Source of the DNA: Ignavibacteriota bacterium
Lineage (GTDB): Bacteria > Bacteroidota > Ignavibacteria > Palsa-1295
Assembly: GCA_963787835.1 (NCBI GenBank)
Contig: CAWBEI010000002.1
Coordinates: forward strand, 192,001 to 256,000
DNA length: 64,000 bases
Direction of reading: 5' to 3'
The stretch's first letter is position 1, and each line of letters starts with the position of its first letter. Positions 1-10,249 of this stretch are shown in pieces. The notes under the pieces were generated by a model. That model saw only the letters and a list, made by a program, of their open reading frames with translations. It was not told where the DNA came from and ran no database searches. Position numbers and translations under genes: made by a program.

Positions 1-1
1 T

Positions 2-1318
2 TTTACTGAGACCCCACCGGATAGAGAAACAATTTATGAGGCGTATGTAGATAATCTGAGCTCGTATCCCGGACCGCCCTGGTTCAATCCTTTTGACCCT
101 GATTCGGACGTTTGGAGTGATGACTATTCGGCTTACGTGGCTGCTACACTGCAATGGGATAAGGACACTTCGAATTTTTTCGCTGGCCTCGGATGGGAAA
201 TGATTGATACGTCGGGCATGGATAGTAATGCTCAAGGTGCCGTCGTAAATTTTTATATTGGCGACTATAATAACTTGTTCGCAGTATATGATAACGAAGA
301 GACCGCGTATGAAGACAGTTTGAATGCTTACAATAGAGGCACGGATGTTCACTATGTGCAGCCATGGAACGATGTTCAGGCGGACTCAGATGCACAACAT
401 GCTCTTGATAATTGGCTTGGGGTATGTCACCCGGCAATAAGCTCAGATGGGCCAGGATGTTGCATTCACGTCAATCTTGATGCCAATCCTAATGATTTTA
501 ATCCAGCGGCGACAGACTTTGCTGAAACTCGTAGTGATAGCAATCAAGAGGGATTTCCAAATTGTGATGAAGCTTCCTGTCCCGACTTATACAGATTTAT
601 CAACGTCAATGTATCTCCGGCTTTTCTTTATCAATCTAATAATCCGCTAACATGGCATTCCGACCCTGGTTATAAACTTCATTCTTCCCCGAAAAGGATT
701 TGGTACACTGGGACCGGTTTGCCTTTTATGCCTAATATTTATTATTATGGCGGTTACAACGTTCTTAGCTTCTATCAATTGATGGAGCATGAGATAGGGC
801 ATTGGCTTGGGCTTATGCACCCAGAATCCGGCCCCCCCAATGGAAATTCTACTTATGCCTGTCCGAATTGCTATACTAACAATCCTTATGTTACCCCTGC
901 TCAAAAATATAATCCATCGGGTTTCTGGACAGTTATGGCTCAAGGTAACAATATTCAGAATGACACAGCTCTCCTTCTGACCAACGAAGATAGCTGTCAA
1001 TTTAAGAAGCTCTATTGTGAGGAGGATGTATCTGTTAAGCTTGCTCCGCAAAGAGACAACTGGTTCAATCCAGAGGTCTTTCCGAATCCATCCAATGGCG
1101 GGATGACGCTGACCTTCACCAGCATAGCACCAAGCCTCACACAGATAGCGGTCTATGATGTGCTCGGCAATGAGGTGAAGGAAGTATGTAATGGGTATAT
1201 GAATCCTGGGCCTTACTCCATTCCTCTCGGGACTGAATCATTACCATCGGGTAATTACGTGTGTCGTGTTCGTGTAGGCGATATGGTAAGTTATATTAAT
1301 CTGGCAATTACAAAGTAA
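2..1318 (+). CDS. Secreted metzincin-type zinc metalloprotease with T9SS-type C-terminal sorting domain (5'-truncated by window edge)
   Basis: Frame is open from base 2. Zinc motif HEIGHWLGLMH (HExxHxxGxxH), candidate Met-turn TVMA, C-terminal VFPNPS...IAVYDVLGNEV...LPSGNYVCRV tail. Confidence 0.8.
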   Translation, partial: FTETPPDRETIYEAYVDNLSSYPGPPWFNPFDPDSDVWSDDYSAYVAATLQWDKDTSNFFAGLGWEMIDTSGMDSNAQGAVVNFYIGDYNNLFAVYDNEETAYEDSLNAYNRGTDVHYVQPWNDVQADSDAQHALDNWLGVCHPAISSDGPGCCIHVNLDANPNDFNPAATDFAETRSDSNQEGFPNCDEASCPDLYRFINVNVSPAFLYQSNNPLTWHSDPGYKLHSSPKRIWYTGTGLPFMPNIYYYGGYNVLSFYQLMEHEIGHWLGLMHPESGPPNGNSTYACPNCYTNNPYVTPAQKYNPSGFWTVMAQGNNIQNDTALLLTNEDSCQFKKLYCEEDVSVKLAPQRDNWFNPEVFPNPSNGGMTLTFTSIAPSLTQIAVYDVLGNEVKEVCNGYMNPGPYSIPLGTESLPSGNYVCRVRVGDMVSYINLAITK

Positions 1319-1327
1319 TAGCAAAAT

Positions 1328-4300
1328 TTATCTCGCCACACCCCCCTTTCTCGCTGTCTTCTCGCGATCGTTGCCGAGGACGAGGAAGTAATCGCCGCTG
1401 GCATTCGGGATGGGAATGGATGCGTGATGCTCGCCGAGGGAGGTTTCTAGCTCGGTGATGCGGGAAATGCGGGCGCCGGTGGCATCGTACATATCGAGCG
1501 TGAGCGTGGTCACTTCTGCGCGTGTGATGTAATCAATATCCCATACGCCGGAAGAAGCTGGGTTCGGCGCCACGCCAATAAAGGTAAAACTGATCGGCTG
1601 TTCGCGCAGCAGATCGAGCAGATAGGGATCGCCGCATTCCATCGCGATCGTGAACGGCTGCTCCGGAATGCTGCACAGCCCGAGCGTGGGTTCCCGATCG
1701 GTCGAGAACGTGTTTAACTGCACTTCAGTCGTCGTATCGATGGTGAGCGCAACGTTCGTCTTGATATAGACCAGTGGCAACGTGAGAGGACTGTTCTCCG
1801 AAACCGTATCGATCAGATTTACCGTACCAGAACACCCGATGCCGGGTTCCGGCGTGAACGAATAGGTTAGCATACGCGCCGAGCAGGTGTTCGCAAACTC
1901 AAGATCGGATGGCGTCAGCAGATCGGTATTGAACGAAAGATGGAACGTGTAACTATGGATCGAAAACGTATCCGTCGTCGGCGTTAGCATAATGGGAATA
2001 TCGAGGACGTTCCCAGCCGCGAGCGATGGAAGCGCAGGAATGAATGGAGCCGGAGCCGTTAGATTTTTCGCGGCGATCGTGATCAGGGTGTCGATCGCCA
2101 GCCCGTTCTCATGCACATACAGCTTTGCCGTAATCGTACGCGAACCTGTGCTATCCGGCGTGAATGTAACGAACGTGGAATCTATTTCGCCCGGCTGAAG
2201 CGAATCCGGTGGTTTCGGCAGGTAAAATTCGTTCAGAGAATCGCCTGTGACGATGAGGGAATCAATAGTCATCACATTGCACCCCAAATTCCCAATGATG
2301 AATGGCACCCTTACCGTCTGACAATATTTCGTGAACAGCCAAAGCGAATCCGAGGAAAGCGCAAGCGGTTCGGATGCAATAGTGTTCGATACCGTCACCG
2401 AGATCGTCGTATCGATGACGCGCTGAGCGGTGTGCATCGCTAAACGCATGGTGAGTGCCTTCGTTTTTCCATCCAACGGATTATACGCAATGTGGATCGG
2501 CAAAATGTTCCCGCTCTGAATGGGCGACTGCGTGGGATCGTAGCCAACCGTTATTTCACTACCATCCCCGATCGTTACAGAATCCAGGAATAACATTCCG
2601 CATCCCTGATTAGAGACCAACAGCGTATCCGAAAGCGAGAGGCAGCTCCCCGTCGCAAGCGTAATTGCATCCTGCGAAAGCGTCGCCGATTGCGGAAGGG
2701 TAATGTTACTGGCGGAAACAAGGATGGTCGTGTCGCACAAACCCCATTTGCCGTGTGCGAAGATCCGAATGCTGTCATTCGAAGTGCCGGCAGAATCCGG
2801 TGCATACTGGATGCTAAGGCTATCGCCGATCGAAGGCGCAAGTCCGGAGGGTGCGTGCATCAATACAAACGAGCCATTCGCGGAAACGAGGGAATCAAAA
2901 ATGATGCTATCGCATCCGGGCGCGTGAAGACCAATATTCGAAACCACCGGTTGGCAGTACTTCGTCCCAAGCGAAACCGACGTACTATCGAGCACGAAAC
3001 GTTCCGGCTCTGGGGCGGATCGAACAAAGATTGAAATAATAGTATCATACGCACGGCGGCCATCGTGTGCATAGACTATGGCGGTAAGCGTATCCGCGCC
3101 CGCGCTATTCGGCTGAAATAGGAAGTGGAGCGGGTATTGCGTTGTATCCACCAAAAGGGTCGGAAGTATATTCAACAATCTGACACCGCCATTGGTAAAA
3201 GTTACCGAATCGAGCACCATCCCCGGACACGCAAGATTGGCTATCAACACGGTATCATAGGCGGCAGTGCATGCACCGGCGTTCATTCTGCTGGTATCTT
3301 TCGAGAGCGAAAGCGTCGATGGCTCATTATTTTGGGTAATAATGGTTACTGTTTTGGCGACAACGTCTTCCCCGGAATGTGCGAAGATGGTTGCCTTGGT
3401 TACGATCCTGCCACTCTTTGTGGGTGAATAGAGAAGTATAACCCGTGTGGAGTCTCCAGCGCTAAGCGTCTGCGGCAATGTGCCATCGTTCGGAAGCCGT
3501 AGGAACTCCGATCCGCTCGGCAAAACGATGGAGTCTATCGTTACCGGAATACAATTGACACCACTGATGCTAAATGCAAGTGTATCGCCACAGGGATTCG
3601 GCAGCCAGTTAATGGTATCCGAAGCAAGAGCAACTTTCCCGGTAAGGGTTCCATCGCCTCCGTCATCTGTTTTATAGACATCACCGAACGCATCGAAGGC
3701 ATAAACGATCTGGCCCATACAGCCCGCTACCACGAACCGTGTATCCCGACTGGTAGAAGGACCATTCACAAAATGCCAGGTTGCGCCGGTATCATCGGAA
3801 CGATACATGCCATGTTGGTAGGAATCGGCATCTAAGTAGGAGTATAAGGTTCCAGTATCCGTTTGGAAATAGAGCGTTTTCCCCTGCCCTTCGATCGTGC
3901 CGGTAAAGTGCATTGCGGGAAAACTTGCGCGCTGGCTCCAGGTAAATCCGCCATCCGTTGACCAATTGATCGATTGGTGCGGAATGAAATCCTGTGACTC
4001 ATTCGCACAGAGATAGATACGTTGCCCCGGCATCACATACACCGACCACGATTCATATTGATTTGTGAGGCTCGACTGCCACGTTCGGCCCGCATCTAAC
4101 GTAACCCAAAAGTTATTACCGGGCGCATTGGGATTCATTTCCGTTATCACGCCATTGAGGCTATCCGAAAAAGCGATCCCATTGCAGCGGCGAAAATTTG
4201 GGGTCCACGTTACTCCGCCATCATACGAGTAATCCCCGCCGAGTGGGTCAGGCGGAAAATAGTGGCTGGTTTCAGAACCATCCCACTTCGTAATGAGTAT

Positions 4301-4816
4301 CAAACCGTTCTGTACATAAACACTTGTAATAGCATGATCGAGATGGAACGGATCGAACCATGTACTTCCGCCATCAGTCGTCTTCCAGAGCGAGGAACCA
4401 CCGAAGGTAAGTTGAGTGGAATAATCGACCGAAGGCAGAATGGACGCAAAACCTATTAGCGAATCCTGCATCCAGATCGAAGTAACAGCTCCATTGATCT
4501 GTGCCGGCACCGTTGAGATAGTCCAAGTTATTCCTCCGTCAGTCGTTCGATAAATAGCGCATGCGTCATTCGGATACACTTCTGCCCAGCGAATGCCCGA
4601 GCCGATAAGACCATGATCTTCATCGGTGAAAAACCCACAGCCGATCGAAGTTGGAAAGGTTTGGAGAAGCTTCCAGGTATTTCGTTGAGCTTTTAGTGGA
4701 AGAGTCGATGCCGTGATGATGAGCAATAAAAGAATCGGGAACACTCTCACGCGCAAACGCTGTAACGACCGATTCGGCCATCGAGGAACGAGAAAGAAAG
4801 AGACTACTTCGCTCAT
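1328..4816 (-). CDS. Large secreted protein: BNR/YCF48-like beta-propeller, repeated Ig-like (ASH/choice-of-anchor-D-like) domains and T9SS-type CTD
   Basis: Signal peptide ending LKAQ; repeated TxDGGxTW Asp-boxes; ~105-aa Cys-containing repeats (NxGC...IDS...F.P...G); C-terminal VAPNPA...YDATGA...SGDYFL. Confidence 0.75.
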   Translation of the reverse strand: MSEVVSFFLVPRWPNRSLQRLRVRVFPILLLLIITASTLPLKAQRNTWKLLQTFPTSIGCGFFTDEDHGLIGSGIRWAEVYPNDACAIYRTTDGGITWTISTVPAQINGAVTSIWMQDSLIGFASILPSVDYSTQLTFGGSSLWKTTDGGSTWFDPFHLDHAITSVYVQNGLILITKWDGSETSHYFPPDPLGGDYSYDGGVTWTPNFRRCNGIAFSDSLNGVITEMNPNAPGNNFWVTLDAGRTWQSSLTNQYESWSVYVMPGQRIYLCANESQDFIPHQSINWSTDGGFTWSQRASFPAMHFTGTIEGQGKTLYFQTDTGTLYSYLDADSYQHGMYRSDDTGATWHFVNGPSTSRDTRFVVAGCMGQIVYAFDAFGDVYKTDDGGDGTLTGKVALASDTINWLPNPCGDTLAFSISGVNCIPVTIDSIVLPSGSEFLRLPNDGTLPQTLSAGDSTRVILLYSPTKSGRIVTKATIFAHSGEDVVAKTVTIITQNNEPSTLSLSKDTSRMNAGACTAAYDTVLIANLACPGMVLDSVTFTNGGVRLLNILPTLLVDTTQYPLHFLFQPNSAGADTLTAIVYAHDGRRAYDTIISIFVRSAPEPERFVLDSTSVSLGTKYCQPVVSNIGLHAPGCDSIIFDSLVSANGSFVLMHAPSGLAPSIGDSLSIQYAPDSAGTSNDSIRIFAHGKWGLCDTTILVSASNITLPQSATLSQDAITLATGSCLSLSDTLLVSNQGCGMLFLDSVTIGDGSEITVGYDPTQSPIQSGNILPIHIAYNPLDGKTKALTMRLAMHTAQRVIDTTISVTVSNTIASEPLALSSDSLWLFTKYCQTVRVPFIIGNLGCNVMTIDSLIVTGDSLNEFYLPKPPDSLQPGEIDSTFVTFTPDSTGSRTITAKLYVHENGLAIDTLITIAAKNLTAPAPFIPALPSLAAGNVLDIPIMLTPTTDTFSIHSYTFHLSFNTDLLTPSDLEFANTCSARMLTYSFTPEPGIGCSGTVNLIDTVSENSPLTLPLVYIKTNVALTIDTTTEVQLNTFSTDREPTLGLCSIPEQPFTIAMECGDPYLLDLLREQPISFTFIGVAPNPASSGVWDIDYITRAEVTTLTLDMYDATGARISRITELETSLGEHHASIPIPNASGDYFLVLGNDREKTARKGGVAR

Positions 4817-4900
4817 GGAAGCGTTACGATATTAGATCAACGACCGCCCTCAACGATGATTTCATCGGCGAAATCGTCGTTATCAAAGAAACTCCGGAAC

Positions 4901-6175
4901 GTGAAAAAAGTCACTACCATTATCTTCATAGCTTTGGTGCTCGCCTCAATGGCGACGGCGGGCGCTACACGGCGACATCCGCGAAAAAAAAGCGCGGGAC
5001 GAAAACCGGCATCCTCCGCCCTGCAACAGAAGCGCATGACCGATCATGCGAGGGCCTCCACGGAAAAAGCCCTTGCTAAATTGCAACAGGAGATAGCAAA
5101 ATATGAATCCGAGCTAAAGGAGCACGAAAAAAAGGAAAAACACTCGAAAGAAACCATCCACGCGTTCGAGAAACGCGAAGCAAGCCTGAAAGCTGCTATT
5201 GCCCGCCTCGAAAAAGAGGCTTCCGTGCTGGAGGGGCAGAAAACAGAGATCGATGCCTCCATTACGCAAACTACCAATCTGCTGGAGTCACGAAAAGAAG
5301 CCTACGCCAACAGCAGCCGGCAGCTTTATATTCAGGGAGCACTTACTCCCATTGACCCCATCTTTGCATCTGCGTCGGATGCCGACCCGATCCGTATGTC
5401 CTATTATGCTCAAGTAATATCGCAGGCCCATGCGATGGATAAATCCCGGCTGGATTCGCTGAAATTGTCGCTCGGTGCCTCCAGCGAAACCCTTGCCACG
5501 ACCATTGCATCCGAGGAGCAGCAGATCGGAGCACAGCAAACCCAGGCCACCACGCTCGAACAAAAGAAGGCAGCGGAAGCAACAGCCCTCGCTCAAATAC
5601 AGGCGAAAAAAGCGCGGCTCCGAAAACTTTTGGATGAACGCCGCGCCAGCGAAAAACGCCTCGAAAATATTATCGCCGATCTTGTGACCAAAGAAAAAAC
5701 AACGCGCCGGACAGCTAAAGGACGACACCGCTCCACGACCCATGAGGAGGAATCCGAAAGCGATCTGGGGCTTGGGCCGGCGCACGGCCCGCACTCCCTT
5801 GATTGGCCAAGCGCATCGCACCGGATCGCGCAGGGATATGGCGCTCATCGCAATCCCGATCTGGGAACTGTCACGATGAATCTGGGGATCGATATTGCCG
5901 CCCCGGCAGGGTCAAGCGTGAAGGCTGCCGCTGAAGGCGAAGTGGCGCTTGTTTCGTCGCTGCCGAGTTATGGAACGGTGATCGTGATCCGGCATTCCGG
6001 TGGGATACATACGGTCTATGCCGATCTCTCCGGAGCATCCGTACAATCCGGAACACATATTCGCGCCGGGCAAACGATCGGCAAAAGTGGATCGAGCGAA
6101 ATGAGCGGAGCGGTCATTCACTTCGAAGTGTGGAAGGGGAAATCCAAACAAAACCCTCTTGGATGGCTGAAGTAA
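4901..6175 (+). CDS. EnvC-like murein hydrolase activator (coiled coil + degenerate M23/LytM domain)
   Basis: Signal peptide, long coiled coil, C-terminal NLGIDIAA...IHFEV with M23 zinc ligands partly lost. GTG start at 4901 preferred over ATG 4856. Confidence 0.8.
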   Translation: MKKVTTIIFIALVLASMATAGATRRHPRKKSAGRKPASSALQQKRMTDHARASTEKALAKLQQEIAKYESELKEHEKKEKHSKETIHAFEKREASLKAAIARLEKEASVLEGQKTEIDASITQTTNLLESRKEAYANSSRQLYIQGALTPIDPIFASASDADPIRMSYYAQVISQAHAMDKSRLDSLKLSLGASSETLATTIASEEQQIGAQQTQATTLEQKKAAEATALAQIQAKKARLRKLLDERRASEKRLENIIADLVTKEKTTRRTAKGRHRSTTHEEESESDLGLGPAHGPHSLDWPSASHRIAQGYGAHRNPDLGTVTMNLGIDIAAPAGSSVKAAAEGEVALVSSLPSYGTVIVIRHSGGIHTVYADLSGASVQSGTHIRAGQTIGKSGSSEMSGAVIHFEVWKGKSKQNPLGWLK

Positions 6176-6193
6176 TTTTCTGAACCGTGATTT

Positions 6194-7174
6194 ATGGGAT
6201 TTTTGAAATTGTCATTCCCGCGAAAGCGGGAATCCAGTGGTGCAATTAGCACTGACTGGCGGTTTTGCAGACGAGCCTGGATTCCCGCTTTCGCGGGAAT
6301 GACAATAGGATGTTTATACTCATCATTTTCGATCCAATTACAAGCCCAACCTATCGCCATCGAACTGAACAATCCGAAAGCGGCACAACTGCAAACCGAT
6401 AGCGTAAATTGGAATGAAGGATGGATAGAAATTTCGGGTATCTCGCCTGGAGAAAAGCCAGATATAGACGACCTTCACGTTACCAGCGGCAACCGACCCG
6501 CCGATGTGCTAACTATTGACTCGATCGGCTCAAGTTTTCGAAGCCGACTTGCCCTCAGTTTTGTGCTCGATAATTCCGGCTCCATGTTCCATGCCTTCGA
6601 TTCGCTTACCAAAGATTGTGATAGCATCGTGAAACTGCTTCCAACCGGTGCGATAGGGCAAGCTTTAACTTTTGATACACGGTATCGTGATCCGTCGCAT
6701 CGGTACACCAACCGTTCCTCCACGTTTATTGCCGAGAACGATTTTACCGACAGCTTACCAAAGCTTAGCTATTTCTGGCATTTCTTCGATACAATTCGAA
6801 CTCAACACACCCCGCTTTATGATGCGATCGCCGCAGGAGTGACAAATATCACCGAGCGCAGGGAGCGAGGCGACACCGCTCATAACGATGTGCTCATCAT
6901 TGTGACCGACGGCGAAGACAACGCAAGCAGAACTTCCATTGAATCGCTGGAAAAGCTTGTAGCAAGCGCCCATCTTCGGCTGTTTGCAATAAATTTCAGG
7001 ACCGACGAGGATAACCGCCTTGAATGGCTTGCACGCAAAACGGGCGGAGAATTTTTTACTGCCAATAATATTACTGAATTGCGAACATTGCTCCGGTCTA
7101 TCGGACTTTCAATAACGCAGCAATACCACATTCGATACCGATTTCCCACGCTTGGGCCAAGCAGTGGGCATTGA
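6194..7174 (+). CDS. von Willebrand factor A (VWA) domain protein, probably exported
   Basis: MIDAS motif VLDNSGSM, TPLYDAI, IVTDGEDN, LARKTGGEFF. Start uncertain because a palindromic repeat lies in the N-terminus (alternative ATG at 6299). Confidence 0.8.
   Translation: MGFLKLSFPRKRESSGAISTDWRFCRRAWIPAFAGMTIGCLYSSFSIQLQAQPIAIELNNPKAAQLQTDSVNWNEGWIEISGISPGEKPDIDDLHVTSGNRPADVLTIDSIGSSFRSRLALSFVLDNSGSMFHAFDSLTKDCDSIVKLLPTGAIGQALTFDTRYRDPSHRYTNRSSTFIAENDFTDSLPKLSYFWHFFDTIRTQHTPLYDAIAAGVTNITERRERGDTAHNDVLIIVTDGEDNASRTSIESLEKLVASAHLRLFAINFRTDEDNRLEWLARKTGGEFFTANNITELRTLLRSIGLSITQQYHIRYRFPTLGPSSGH
6208..6306. repeat. REP/REPIN-like palindromic element (GTCATTCCCGCGAAAGCGGGAATCCAG family)
   Basis: Perfect 30-bp inverted repeats 6208-6237 and 6277-6306, each arm itself a hairpin, with a 39-bp spacer. 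Confidence 0.9.
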
Positions 7175-7249
7175 TAAGTTACGAATAAATCGAATGAAAT
7201 TCATTCCACGCTGGTTTTCTATTTTCTACTTCAACCAACCAATATTTCA

Positions 7250-8818
7250 TTGACCACCACGCACACACCACCAACGGAGCATCCGAACGAGATCAAGGAA
7301 GCCCTTCATCGCATCGAAGAATCGGAACGCCCGGAAGCACTGACCGACCAGGAGCGCGAGCGACGAAGCTCGCTTACAGCATTGCGCCGGCTTGGCGTCG
7401 AGCCGTATGCCTATGCGTTCGACCGCACGAGATATTCGGATGAAGCAATGTCCCTGTTCGACGAAGCAAATCCGGATGCGCATCCCTCCGCGAGTATCGC
7501 CGGACGTATCATGGGGATTCGGCACATGGGAAAAGCATCGTTTGCACATTTGCAGGATGAAGCAGGAAAAATTCAGATCTATTTCAAATCGAATGAACTA
7601 GCAGAACGGTACGATCTGCTAAAATTGCTCGATATTGGTGACATCATTGGCGCGCATGGATTTATTTTCCGCACTCGAACAGGCGAGGTTACTCTGCACG
7701 TCACATCCTTCGAAGTGCTGGCAAAAGCCATCCGCCCGCTGCCGGTCGTGAAAGAAGAGACCGATCCCGTCACCGGAGAAAAAATAGTTCACGATGCGTT
7801 CTCGGATAAAGAACTGCGCTATAGAAGGCGATATGTCGATCTCACGGTCAATGCAGAAATACGAAAAACATTTCGAACGCGCGCGAAAATAATCACCTCT
7901 ATTCGCAGCTTTTTCGATGAGCGCGGGTATCTCGAAGTTGAGACGCCAGTGTTGCAACCCATTTATGGCGGTGCGTATGCGCGACCATTCGTTACGCATC
8001 ACAACGCACTCGATTTCGATCTTTTCCTCCGCATTGCAGATGAGCTGTATCTGAAACGCCTTATCGTTGGCGGCCTTGCTGAAGGCGTGTACGAGATCGC
8101 AAAAGATTTCCGCAACGAGGGCATGGATAAAAACCACAGCCCGGAATTCACGATGGCGGAAATATACATTGCCTATAGAGACTATGAGTGGATGATGTCG
8201 TTCGTGGAAGAACTATTTGCAGAAGTTGCACGAGCTGTTGGTGATTCTAAAGCTAATTTTACTCCTCCATTTCGTAGGCTCTCGATGTATGATTCCATCA
8301 AGGAATATGCAGGAATTGATGTAAGCGAAATGAATGAAGACGAGCTTCGCATTACTGCAAGCAAATTCGGCGTCGAACTGGAACCTGGTTCCGGCGCAGG
8401 AAAGATCATCGACGAGATCTTTTCCGAAAAGGTGGAGCATCATCTCATTCAGCCGACGTTCATTACGGATTATCCGCTTTCGATGTCGCCATTAGCAAAA
8501 ATGCACAAGACGAAACCGGGACTTGTCGAGCGGTTCGAATTGTATGTGAACGGTCAGGAACTTGCCAATGCGTTCAGCGAGCTAAATGACCCGCTCGATC
8601 AGCGCGCGCGATTCGAAGAGCAAGCGCGACTGCGAACGAAAGGCGATGAGGAAGCGATGGTCCTCGATGAGGATTTCCTCCGCGCAATGGAATACGGAAT
8701 GCCGCCGATGGCCGGCCTCGGCTTCGGCATTGACCGTCTGGTGATGATAATGACGGGCGAGGAATCCATTCGAGATGTCGTGCTATTCCCTGCGATGCGT
8801 CCGGAGCGGATGCGGTAA
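7250..8818 (+). CDS. lysS: Lysine--tRNA ligase (class II)
   Basis: OB-fold [61 protein letters not shown]. Confidence 0.98.
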   Translation: MTTTHTPPTEHPNEIKEALHRIEESERPEALTDQERERRSSLTALRRLGVEPYAYAFDRTRYSDEAMSLFDEANPDAHPSASIAGRIMGIRHMGKASFAHLQDEAGKIQIYFKSNELAERYDLLKLLDIGDIIGAHGFIFRTRTGEVTLHVTSFEVLAKAIRPLPVVKEETDPVTGEKIVHDAFSDKELRYRRRYVDLTVNAEIRKTFRTRAKIITSIRSFFDERGYLEVETPVLQPIYGGAYARPFVTHHNALDFDLFLRIADELYLKRLIVGGLAEGVYEIAKDFRNEGMDKNHSPEFTMAEIYIAYRDYEWMMSFVEELFAEVARAVGDSKANFTPPFRRLSMYDSIKEYAGIDVSEMNEDELRITASKFGVELEPGSGAGKIIDEIFSEKVEHHLIQPTFITDYPLSMSPLAKMHKTKPGLVERFELYVNGQELANAFSELNDPLDQRARFEEQARLRTKGDEEAMVLDEDFLRAMEYGMPPMAGLGFGIDRLVMIMTGEESIRDVVLFPAMRPERMR

Positions 8819-8843
8819 ATTAGAATCTGCAAATCACAGTTAA

Positions 8844-8890
8844 AACGTCACTGCTTCGTCACCCCTCCGGGGTTTCCTCGCAATGACGTT
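8844..8890. repeat. Degenerate CGTC-type REP hairpin (..GCTTCGTC...CTCGCAATGACG) downstream of lysS
   Basis: AACGTCACTGC (8844-8854) pairs with GCAATGACGTT (8880-8890) with one mismatch; inner CCCC/GGGG stem. Confidence 0.55.
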
Positions 8891-8916
8891 ATAGAAATGG
8901 CTCAACTATAGGTTCT

Positions 8917-8948
8917 AAAAATTATCCGATACTTTCTGGATAATTTTT
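8917..8948. promoter_or_regulatory. Perfect 11-bp inverted repeat: operator or bidirectional terminator upstream of the argD-like gene
   Basis: AAAAATTATCC-N10-GGATAATTTTT. Confidence 0.45.
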
Positions 8949-8997
8949 CGTTTACACTCGGGAGTCCATTTTTTACAATCCTTTTTGGTCAACATCC

Positions 8998-10179
8998 ATG
9001 GCAAATCTTAACGAGCGAGAAAAAAACTCTTTCTTTCCAACTTACGAACGGCTCCCGATCGGTGCGGTGACGCACGCGGAGGGAGTGCATATCACGACCG
9101 ATGCTGGTAAAACATACCTCGATGCCATAGCCGGACTTGGCGTGAATGCGCTCGGGCACTCGCATCCAGCGATCGTTGAAGCGATTCGCGAGCAGGCAGG
9201 GAAGTATCTTCATCTCTCAAATTTGTATTTGCAGGAACCGCAGGTTCAGCTTGCTGAGAAGTTGGAGCGTCTCTCTGGAATGGAGCGCACGTTCTTCACG
9301 AATTCCGGCACAGAAGCTGTCGAAGGCGCGATCAAACTTGCTCGAAAAGTCTTTTCCAGTGAATACAAAGCGGAAGTGCTTGGTATTGCTAACGGATTCC
9401 ACGGGCGCACCTACGGTCCGCTTTCCGTGATGGACAAGGCAAAATACCGCGAGAACTTCGGGCCGTTTCTTTCGGATGCTTCCTGCATTCCGAGCTATGA
9501 TGTGGATGCGTTGGAATCGGCAGTTTCCGCTCGGACGGCGGCTGTTATCATCGAGCCGATTCAGGGTGAAGGCGGAATTATTGAAGTTCCGGTGGATTTT
9601 GCTCGAGCGCTTGCCGAGCTTGCCAAGAAGCATAATTTTCTCATTATTGCAGATGAAATTCAATCTGGAATTGGCAGGACTGGAAAATTCTTCGGCTACG
9701 AACATCTCGGAATGAAACCGGATATTGTGGTTTGCGCGAAAGCCATCGGCGGCGGGCTGCCGCTGGGTGCAATCCTCTCCCGAAAAGAAATTGCCGAAGT
9801 CTTCAAAGCAGGAACTCATGGTACGACTTTTGGCGGAAATGTTCTTTCATGCGTAGCAGGAAACGTCGTGCTCGATCTTGTTGAAAAAAGCTACATGAGC
9901 AATGCCGCAACTGAGGGCACCTACATCAAAACGAATTTCGTAGGGTTACAGGAGAAACATCCCAACTCCATCCGAGAAGTGCGTGGGCACGGACTGATGC
10001 TCGGCATCGAATTCACCTCGAATGCCAAGCAAGTGCAGAAGCAGTTATTCGATAATAATATTATCACGAATGTGACCGCCGGTGAAGTCCTGCGCCTGCT
10101 GCCGCCGCTTATTTTCGAGCGGAAGCATTCCGATGAATTGATCGATGGAATAAAAGAGGCGGTCGAGACGATGGATTAA
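8998..10179 (+). CDS. argD: Acetylornithine/succinylornithine aminotransferase (class III PLP enzyme)
   Basis: NSGTEAVEGAIKLAR, FHGRT, EPIQGEGG, DEIQSGIGRTG, AKAIGGGLPLGA, HGTTFGGN. Confidence 0.9.
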   Translation: MANLNEREKNSFFPTYERLPIGAVTHAEGVHITTDAGKTYLDAIAGLGVNALGHSHPAIVEAIREQAGKYLHLSNLYLQEPQVQLAEKLERLSGMERTFFTNSGTEAVEGAIKLARKVFSSEYKAEVLGIANGFHGRTYGPLSVMDKAKYRENFGPFLSDASCIPSYDVDALESAVSARTAAVIIEPIQGEGGIIEVPVDFARALAELAKKHNFLIIADEIQSGIGRTGKFFGYEHLGMKPDIVVCAKAIGGGLPLGAILSRKEIAEVFKAGTHGTTFGGNVLSCVAGNVVLDLVEKSYMSNAATEGTYIKTNFVGLQEKHPNSIREVRGHGLMLGIEFTSNAKQVQKQLFDNNIITNVTAGEVLRLLPPLIFERKHSDELIDGIKEAVETMD

Positions 10180-10233
10180 GGGGACAGAACCGGGATTACG
10201 CGGATTGAAGGGGATTACGCGGACGATTTTAGG
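10179..10233 (+). repeat. Left arm of ~55-bp inverted repeat flanking the GNAT gene
   Basis: AGGGGACAGAACCGGGATTACGCGGATT-GAAGG-GGATTACGCGGACGATTTT-AGG; matches the reverse complement of 10697-10752 (28-bp and 19-bp perfect blocks). Confidence 0.92.
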
Positions 10234-10249
10234 GGATGAGGAATAATTC

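Noticed and set aside
4901-6175. Active M23 endopeptidase or Tat substrate
   Set aside because: HxxxD and HxH ligands are incomplete (NLGID, IHF), and the RR pair follows rather than precedes the hydrophobic segment.
6118-6372. 84-aa minus-strand ORF containing VIPAKAGIQ...LDSRFRGND
   Set aside because: It is the translation of the palindromic repeat and overlaps two real genes.
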